39,129 bases of DNA from a virus (Duplodnaviria; Caudoviricetes): positions 1 to 39,129 of the IMG/VR virus record IMGVR_UViG_3300037188_000033; one strand, given 5' to 3'. A model generated the notes under the pieces. That model did not search any database and was not told where the DNA came from. It saw only the letters and a list, made by a program, of their open reading frames with translations. Shown piece after piece: positions 32,700-39,129 of this stretch. Every line of letters begins with the position of its first letter. Position 1 is the stretch's first letter. A program made the translations under genes and the position numbers.

Positions 32700-32951
32700 A
32701 TGGCATTAGAGATTGGTGAAGCAGTAGAAACAAGCAACATTCCTACAACTCCAGTAAGAGATGTCGCTAATTTAGTTACCGATAAAGATTTAAAGATAGC
32801 TTTCTTTGAATTTAGAAGAGATTTGGATGAAATATTCCATAAAATAGATTTAAGATTTAATACAATAGAAGCTAAATTGAGTTTAGCTATGTGGTTCATG
32901 GGTATTACAGTAAGTTGTGTAATAGCCATTACAATTAAATTATTCTTATAA
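32700..32951 (+). CDS. Membrane-anchored coiled-coil moron (DUF1640-like neck/stalk/TM)
   Basis: GAGGAG RBS; LVTDKDL neck, IDLRFNTIEAKL coil, C-terminal TM; on the opposite strand between the gp16-like and tailspike genes. Confidence 0.7.
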   Translation: MALEIGEAVETSNIPTTPVRDVANLVTDKDLKIAFFEFRRDLDEIFHKIDLRFNTIEAKLSLAMWFMGITVSCVIAITIKLFL

Positions 32952-33030
32952 AATAGAGGAGATAGAATATGTTTATGTGTATTTTTTGTTTTTTGCTTGT
33001 AGGACTGCTGCTCGGTTGGTATAAATAGCA

Positions 33031-35139
33031 TTATCTGCGTTCCTCTTTTTTGTGGGAAACAGCTTCAGACCTAAAAGCAGCTTTGCCGAATTCTTTGGTT
33101 CCTTTTTTAGCGGCTTGGGCTTCTCTTGAATTATTGATACGTTCAAGTAATTTAAGAGTTTTAGCCATTCTAGTTTTAGGTGCTTCTTTTAATGTTGGTA
33201 AGAAATATTGATCCCATTTCCCTGAAGTAATTAATTCTACTGCTGCCTTATCATATTTACCTTTAGTTACTTTCGTATATATTTCTTTTATAGCTTCAGG
33301 AACACTTGTAGGAATTTTGGGTGCGCCATGAGCTGCATTAACAGAAGGTTCATTTATAAGATCTCTAAATACATCTCTCATCATTGTTAATTTTTCTTGG
33401 GCTACAGGATTTCCTTTCAATGCTTCTTTAAATTGTTTGAATGATTGTTCATTAGCCAAAATATTTTTATGGAAATTAGAACCCGGATTTCTGGAGGTCC
33501 CAGCTTGACCACTAGTTATCCTTCTTTCCATTTCATTGTGTATTATTCTATCCCAGGCTTGGGGATTCTCCTGTTTAAAAGCATCCCTTAATTTGGCTAA
33601 GACTCTGGGATCGGTTTGATTTGCATCGAATATAGTTTTAGAAATATTTTTAACATTCACATCATTTGTATTTGCAATTTTACCTAATTCACTATTTTTT
33701 AATTCTTCTAAAGGTTTGGCACCTTCTGAATAGACATTTCTTGCTTCACTGTATGCAGGACTAACCTTATCTAATCCCTCAACAAGTTTTTTTCTTGCTA
33801 TACCAATTATTCTGGCATCATTATTTTTTCCAGCTTTTAAAGCTACTTTAATGTCATCATCCATAACTCGTTTAACCTGATCTAATACTTTTAAACTTGT
33901 TGGATGATGACCATGAATTTCTGATTCATATAATTTACTTTTCATAACTCTTTCATATGCATTATGAATGTTACTATCTTTCAAAAATGCATTTAATTGA
34001 TTATTAGAAACATTTTCTTTATAGGCTTCCTCATAGATAGGTTTAGCTTTTTCTTGTAAAGCTTTAGATTGTTTCTCAATAATAGTTTCAGCAGTATTTT
34101 TAATCGCCCCCCCAGCTACCTCAGGTTTATTGGTGACATCATTCATTAATTTATCAATTGATTCTTGTTGGGCAACTTTCTGTTCTTTCTTGAATCTATG
34201 ATAGTTTTGCTCACCTTCAGGAGATGTCCCTAATTTACCTTCTTTAGCAGCTAATATTTTACTTCCTGATGCCTCAGCTGGAGTGAGATTGACACCCATT
34301 TTCTTGGCTTCTGAAGCCCTTTGTAAGGCTGGTGCGACTTCTTCTGGTAATAATCCTCCCATTACATCCTTTGCAACAGCAGCTTTATTTCCAAAGATCT
34401 TTTTGCCTTCATTAATGAGAGGCGGGACGGTATGCTTATAAGTTGTTCCAACGGTTTTAGCTATTACTTTTCCACCTAGTTCTGGCACGGCTGTCATTAA
34501 CGCAGCCTTTACGGGGTTTTCATTTTGTATCGCAGCGTTGCCGCCCATGGAAAGCGCACGTTGACCTGTTCTTAGTAATCCACCAGCAGCACCAAGTTCG
34601 CCCATAAATAAAGCAGGCATATTTCTAGCTAATCCTCGCATAATCCTATCGCCAGGTTTTTCGCCTTCGACTCCTAACATTTCATGATATTTATAATCAG
34701 GTAGTCTTTCTTTAATGCCCTGTTCCTTAGGAATAAATCCTTTTTTAATTAAATAATTAGAAAAAGTATTAGGCGCATTCAATACATCTCGGCCAAATTC
34801 AGCTGTTCCAGCCAAATAATTTTTAGCTATTCTACTTGGTTCCCATAAAGCTTGTCCGGTGGCACCATGCAATTCACTATGAGCTTCACCTGGTAAAGTC
34901 TTAGCTAAATGTGCAATATCTTCGGGCAGTTCTTCAACGCTTTGTGTAACATCTCGCCCAACGCCGCTCCAGCCATGTGCTGGATTTTGAGGAATAGGCA
35001 TTCCTCTTTTTTGAAATTCAGCTTCTAGTTCTTTTTTTCTGGCATCCTTATTATTTCCGCCACCACCAGCAGGAGCTTGAGGAATAGGAATACCACGTTT
35101 TTGAAATTCAGCTTCTAGTTCAGCTTTTCTTGAACTCAT
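33031..35139 (-). CDS. DNA ejection protein, P22 gp16-like
   Basis: 702 aa helical protein, third of three ejection-position genes; GVNLTPAEASG, AKPIYEEAY, YSEARNVY. Confidence 0.65.
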   Translation of the reverse strand: MSSRKAELEAEFQKRGIPIPQAPAGGGGNNKDARKKELEAEFQKRGMPIPQNPAHGWSGVGRDVTQSVEELPEDIAHLAKTLPGEAHSELHGATGQALWEPSRIAKNYLAGTAEFGRDVLNAPNTFSNYLIKKGFIPKEQGIKERLPDYKYHEMLGVEGEKPGDRIMRGLARNMPALFMGELGAAGGLLRTGQRALSMGGNAAIQNENPVKAALMTAVPELGGKVIAKTVGTTYKHTVPPLINEGKKIFGNKAAVAKDVMGGLLPEEVAPALQRASEAKKMGVNLTPAEASGSKILAAKEGKLGTSPEGEQNYHRFKKEQKVAQQESIDKLMNDVTNKPEVAGGAIKNTAETIIEKQSKALQEKAKPIYEEAYKENVSNNQLNAFLKDSNIHNAYERVMKSKLYESEIHGHHPTSLKVLDQVKRVMDDDIKVALKAGKNNDARIIGIARKKLVEGLDKVSPAYSEARNVYSEGAKPLEELKNSELGKIANTNDVNVKNISKTIFDANQTDPRVLAKLRDAFKQENPQAWDRIIHNEMERRITSGQAGTSRNPGSNFHKNILANEQSFKQFKEALKGNPVAQEKLTMMRDVFRDLINEPSVNAAHGAPKIPTSVPEAIKEIYTKVTKGKYDKAAVELITSGKWDQYFLPTLKEAPKTRMAKTLKLLERINNSREAQAAKKGTKEFGKAAFRSEAVSHKKEERR
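34987..35130. repeat. Two ~54-bp imperfect repeats 90 bp apart in the gp16-like N-terminus
   Basis: RKAELEAEFQKRGIPIPQ and RKKELEAEFQKRGMPIPQ. Confidence 0.8.
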
Positions 35140-36257
35140 TGAATCATCCTCAAATATTCTTCTTGCATTTCTTCTGGGGTCAATTGTCCGGTAGGTTTAA
35201 CTGGAGCTGTCTCTTGGAGTTTTCCTGCGAATTCTTCACCTTTCTGCCCTTCGGATTTTTTTGGTCTATATTTTTCATAATTAGGTGAAACTGGGTAATA
35301 TTCATTTAATCCTTTTGTTAATGCTTCTGTATAATTATCAACATAGTCGTAATGATGTTCAATATCATTTGCAATACTATCGTTAACTTTCCAAGGGAAT
35401 TTTGAATTCATTTTTGTTTTTTGAATTGATTTAAATTTTGTATCGGTAAAATTTTTACCGAATTCAGTACCGCTTCGTAAAGCAATCTGATTCGCATATT
35501 TTGAAGCTAGAATAATTGCAGAGACTTTATCTTCATTTCCAGCATATTTTTTTAATAAGAGATCTTTAACTTTTAAAACCTCATCCGGATCATCTATTGC
35601 AATTAATTGATTAAAGTCTTTCCATAAATCAGGATATTTATTATTAATCTCTCTAAATTTTTTCACATTGTAAAGGACTTCTTTAGCATCATTCATTTTA
35701 GCCATTTCATTGTTCATTCTTTCGATTGTTTTACCTTGTTGATTAACACCCGCTAAAGCTAATGAACCTGGGACTCCTTCTTTGGCATGATTGGTTGTAC
35801 TCAAATCATATTGTCTTTTCATAGCTTCTTGGAACTCAGGCGATCCCGGTTCAAATCCCGCATTCTCTAAATCTTTATAGGTTGGCGTTTTGCCAGCATG
35901 TAATGCCTCTTGATTGGTTTTAAATGCTTGCGCTTTTTTATGTTCAAGGTCAGCTTTTTCAGCATCCATAGCATATTTTGCTTGTGCTTCTTTTATTTTG
36001 GATTCGTGACCCGCTTTGCTAGCTTCGTTTTTATAAAGTTCAGGGGCATGTAATGCTTTAGCTCCTGCTGTAGTAGTTTCATGCCCGGCCAATAAAGCCT
36101 TCTGTCTATTGAGTTCAGGAGCATATTCTGCCTCAGCTCCGGCTTTTTTGTTCTCATGATAAGCTTTGGAAGTTGCAAGCATCTTGCCAAATACATCACC
36201 AACTTTAACACCTGGAAGTGGTTCAGCATTTCCCAAACCAAAAGTTTGAATAGGCAT
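35136..36257 (-). CDS. DNA ejection protein, P22 gp20-like
   Basis: Synteny between the gp7-like and gp16-like genes; TAATG-coupled start MPIQTF; helical. Confidence 0.6.
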   Translation of the reverse strand: MPIQTFGLGNAEPLPGVKVGDVFGKMLATSKAYHENKKAGAEAEYAPELNRQKALLAGHETTTAGAKALHAPELYKNEASKAGHESKIKEAQAKYAMDAEKADLEHKKAQAFKTNQEALHAGKTPTYKDLENAGFEPGSPEFQEAMKRQYDLSTTNHAKEGVPGSLALAGVNQQGKTIERMNNEMAKMNDAKEVLYNVKKFREINNKYPDLWKDFNQLIAIDDPDEVLKVKDLLLKKYAGNEDKVSAIILASKYANQIALRSGTEFGKNFTDTKFKSIQKTKMNSKFPWKVNDSIANDIEHHYDYVDNYTEALTKGLNEYYPVSPNYEKYRPKKSEGQKGEEFAGKLQETAPVKPTGQLTPEEMQEEYLRMIQ

Positions 36258-37126
36258 TACCAACCTCCTCCATTGGGATTATATCTAGGTCTAGCTTGGA
36301 ATGGATTGCCACCTCCTCCCATGCCGCCGCCGCCGCCAGCACCCATAAATCCACCACCTAAGCTCATTAACATATCGCCAATGTTTTGGCGTCTATTATC
36401 ACGATTCTGCATTTGTTGACGTTGGCCGTTATATGCATAATTTCCTTGTTGTCCCATATTAGAACCAAGAATATTTGCGATATCTCCGGCCGCGGCATAC
36501 CCATTTTGATATATATCTTTGCCTAACCCTCCTGAATTCTGTAATGCTGTTCCCTGTCCAGCGGCTCTGAATTGTTGTGCTTGTTGTTTGCCTTGTAATT
36601 GACGTTCAAGACCCTCCAAACCTGTACCTTGAATACCCAAAACATTATTTAAATATTCCTGCATATCCTGGCCGAGCATACCTTGAATCATGCCTGCTTG
36701 GTTTTCTTGGTCAGCTTGAGTCCCTGAAAATCCGCCTTGCGCGGCAGAATTTCTAGCGCCTTGAAGCATACGTTTTTCTTTATAATTATAGCCTTCTGAG
36801 GGTCTATAGGATTGTTGTATTCTATTCAAGAAATCGACTGGACTTCGACCCATCTGACCGAATTCTTGGGGGAATTCTTGACCATAGATATCTGGCAAAT
36901 CTCTAAATAAATTATGCTGTTGATTATAGGCACCGCGTGCTTCATTCAAACCACCTTGTCCCGCATTTGCATAGGGCTCCAAATATTGACGGGCCATCCC
37001 TGGTATTTGATTGAAATGTCCCTGTGCCGCATCAGCAGGGTTTCCACCATTACCTCCGCGCATACCTTGAAGAGCACCTAATCCGCCTAAAGCTAATCCT
37101 GCTATATTTCCTATTCCAAATGGCAT
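36257..37126 (-). CDS. DNA ejection/pilot protein, P22 gp7-like
   Basis: G/Q/A-rich; YLEPYANAG, PSEGY, ARNSAAQGGFSG; AGGAG RBS before MPFGIG. Confidence 0.75.
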   Translation of the reverse strand: MPFGIGNIAGLALGGLGALQGMRGGNGGNPADAAQGHFNQIPGMARQYLEPYANAGQGGLNEARGAYNQQHNLFRDLPDIYGQEFPQEFGQMGRSPVDFLNRIQQSYRPSEGYNYKEKRMLQGARNSAAQGGFSGTQADQENQAGMIQGMLGQDMQEYLNNVLGIQGTGLEGLERQLQGKQQAQQFRAAGQGTALQNSGGLGKDIYQNGYAAAGDIANILGSNMGQQGNYAYNGQRQQMQNRDNRRQNIGDMLMSLGGGFMGAGGGGGMGGGGNPFQARPRYNPNGGGW

Positions 37127-37137
37127 ATCCTTTGCTC

Positions 37138-37398
37138 CTATACACTTGTAACTGTTTCGACTGTGCCAACAGCTACTAAAACTTGTAATTTGCCTAAAGT
37201 TGAGTTGAACCATGTCTTAGGCGGCTGTACTGCCGGGGTCAATGCTAATAAAAGCGCAACTTCTGCGGCTGTTAATGATGGCTGCACGAATCCGTCACTG
37301 TTAAACCATTCACGTAATGTTTGATTTAACTCTTGATTATAATCGTCTTGTTTATCGCCTGAAAAATAAGACGGTAAATTGATTGGATAAGTTGACAT
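37138..37398 (-). CDS. Small tail protein (tail-needle gp26 position)
   Basis: 86 aa between the gp10-like and gp7-like genes; TWFNSTLGKLQV. Confidence 0.55.
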   Translation of the reverse strand: MSTYPINLPSYFSGDKQDDYNQELNQTLREWFNSDGFVQPSLTAAEVALLLALTPAVQPPKTWFNSTLGKLQVLVAVGTVETVTSV

Positions 37399-37409
37399 AA
37401 ATGAATTTC

Positions 37410-39056
37410 CTAATACACTTCTACCCAGCCATTGTTACAAACAAATCGGCTTAAGCCCCAGAATCTAAGCTTGATGGTGAGACTATTAGCAGAGCCTAGA
37501 TTTTCCCAATTGATAATGTTTTGACGAATGGCTACGGGATTTAAGTTACGAGCAACTGTATTGCTCCAGGTTATGCCACCATCTCGAGATATACTCATAT
37601 CGACTCGAGGTTGGTATGGTGGAGGTAAATCACCTGCACCCACACCGGCACCTGAATCTTCATCAGCCATTGGAACCCCAAATTCAGTATAGATAACATC
37701 ATCTGGTGGCGCGAATGCGTCCTCGGTAATTAGTAAATCTTCATTATTTAAGAGGGAAACACCGCTAATCAACGTATCTTGACCTTGTTCTATGATGAAC
37801 ACGAAAGTATTAGCTCGGAATTGGCTACTATCAGCAGTCATGACGGTATCACATACTCTTATTCTCTGAATCTCAAGATTCATGGTTGGATCTTGTGCTA
37901 CAGTTGGTAAATTTTCGTTATAAGTAGTGTAATTACTGGAACTTTGGTAAATTGAGCCATTATTCAGACTGATAAAGTAAGTTTTACCGTTAAAGTAAAC
38001 ATATTCACGTGCGGGATGATAGTTTAAAGCCGCATCACTTAGATTAAAGAATGTTTGGGATGTAAAATCATATAAATAGGTGACATTATCAACTGGGTTG
38101 TAGAATGTTAACTGATAAAATAAATGACCATCTTGTCTAAATAGTGTCGCTGTAGATTGGTCTGGGAATTGAATTTGAGATAACTCGTAATCTATGCCAT
38201 CGCTTGAAATTGGTGTAATACTTTCTCCAGCAAAAACCATAATCACGGGCGCATTACTTTCGTTTATACCAAGCCAGACCACATATTGGTCAGACTTTGC
38301 AATAGTTGAAATGGATGCGACGCCATAATCGATATTGATATTGCTATTGCGTCTATAATTTTGAAGACCGCCTACTTGAAGCCAGATTTCGCAAACTGAA
38401 GAGCCAAGCACAAGAACATTATTACCGCGCCCTGGTAACCGTACAACAGCTAAGGCAAAGTCTGGCTTTGTTTGTAATGCAAATTGTCCGCCTGGGGCCG
38501 TGACCTGTACAATTGTGGTAGGAGTATCAAACTGATAGACATACCATGCCGCGCCATTCGAGGTCATATTAGCATTGCCGAATAAGAAAAAAGTATTATG
38601 ATATTCGACATAATTCGGAATTAAACTGCCCGTTATAGCTTGAATTGTAATGACTGGGCCAACTTGATAGTTATAAATATATGCATTAACGCCGTCTACA
38701 ATACAAATCTGAGCATTTAGATTTTCATCTATAAATACTTCACCGGTCTCTGTTGCAAGGTTTCCAACAGTAGTAATAACTAAACTTGGAGAGATAGAAA
38801 ATACAGTACTACCTACAATTGCAATCATTATATTGCCGCGAATACTGACAAATAGGCCGCGACCTGTCGCGCCAGGTCCTGTTCCACCACTTGCAAATAA
38901 TTGTAATACTCGTTGATATCCAGCAGTATTGATTAACCATTTATCGGAGACAAACATATTAATTGTGCGCGCAGATGATATCTTTTGATAGCGCCCGAAG
39001 GTACTGCCACCTACTATGTTAACTGGTTCTCGTCGGTCGCTCCGCGTTTTACGCAT
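37410..39056 (-). CDS. Tail hub / packaged-DNA stabilisation protein, P22 gp10-like
   Basis: 548 aa; TINMF, GRGLF, QDGHLFYQLTF..DNVTYLYD, ISRDGGITWSN. Confidence 0.85.
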   Translation of the reverse strand: MRKTRSDRREPVNIVGGSTFGRYQKISSARTINMFVSDKWLINTAGYQRVLQLFASGGTGPGATGRGLFVSIRGNIMIAIVGSTVFSISPSLVITTVGNLATETGEVFIDENLNAQICIVDGVNAYIYNYQVGPVITIQAITGSLIPNYVEYHNTFFLFGNANMTSNGAAWYVYQFDTPTTIVQVTAPGGQFALQTKPDFALAVVRLPGRGNNVLVLGSSVCEIWLQVGGLQNYRRNSNINIDYGVASISTIAKSDQYVVWLGINESNAPVIMVFAGESITPISSDGIDYELSQIQFPDQSTATLFRQDGHLFYQLTFYNPVDNVTYLYDFTSQTFFNLSDAALNYHPAREYVYFNGKTYFISLNNGSIYQSSSNYTTYNENLPTVAQDPTMNLEIQRIRVCDTVMTADSSQFRANTFVFIIEQGQDTLISGVSLLNNEDLLITEDAFAPPDDVIYTEFGVPMADEDSGAGVGAGDLPPPYQPRVDMSISRDGGITWSNTVARNLNPVAIRQNIINWENLGSANSLTIKLRFWGLSRFVCNNGWVEVY

Positions 39057-39129
39057 ACGATTTACATCCTATTACCAAGGGGTGGTCCAACCACGGCCCC
39101 AGTTGACCTGTCCGTAATTTATTGCATAA
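38999..39129. repeat. Terminal direct repeat (circular-contig overlap), copy 2
   Basis: Matches 1-131. Confidence 0.95.

Noticed and set aside
32591-33031. 146-aa minus-strand ORF
   Set aside because: It is the shadow of the plus-strand 32700-32951 gene, which has a promoter, a strong RBS and a coherent domain layout.

Overview
A complete, circularly permuted P22-like podovirus genome of about 39.0 kb; positions 1-131 repeat at 38999-39129. The minus strand carries the packaging and virion genes: DNA methylase, terS, terL, portal, scaffold, coat, a decoration-like protein, gp4-, gp10-, gp7-, gp20- and gp16-like proteins, and tailspike/fibre genes. It also carries RecET-like recombination genes, RusA and an HTH replication initiator. 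I see no integrase and no cI-type repressor. Instead the genome has a plasmid-maintenance kit: ParA plus a small RHH-type partner flanked by GCATTACA motifs, an intragenic origin (16-bp-phased palindromic iterons, a perfect DnaA box and an AT-rich tract), a rep leader with two mutually exclusive hairpins overlapped by a predicted antisense RNA, and a near-canonical XerCD dif site (26134-26161). This suggests a P22-like phage-plasmid that may also integrate through host Xer recombinases. Other unusual features: a tRNA with an AAT (Ile) anticodon that appears to be a remodelled duplicate of the adjacent tRNA-Asn, about five DUF1640/CCDC90-like paralogues, an OmpA-like beta-barrel moron, about six similar small helical early proteins, several RHH regulators each with an operator over a consensus promoter, and a shared MPIQT N-terminus on an ejection protein and a lysozyme-like protein. 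All calls are by-eye motif and synteny recognition; no database searches were run.
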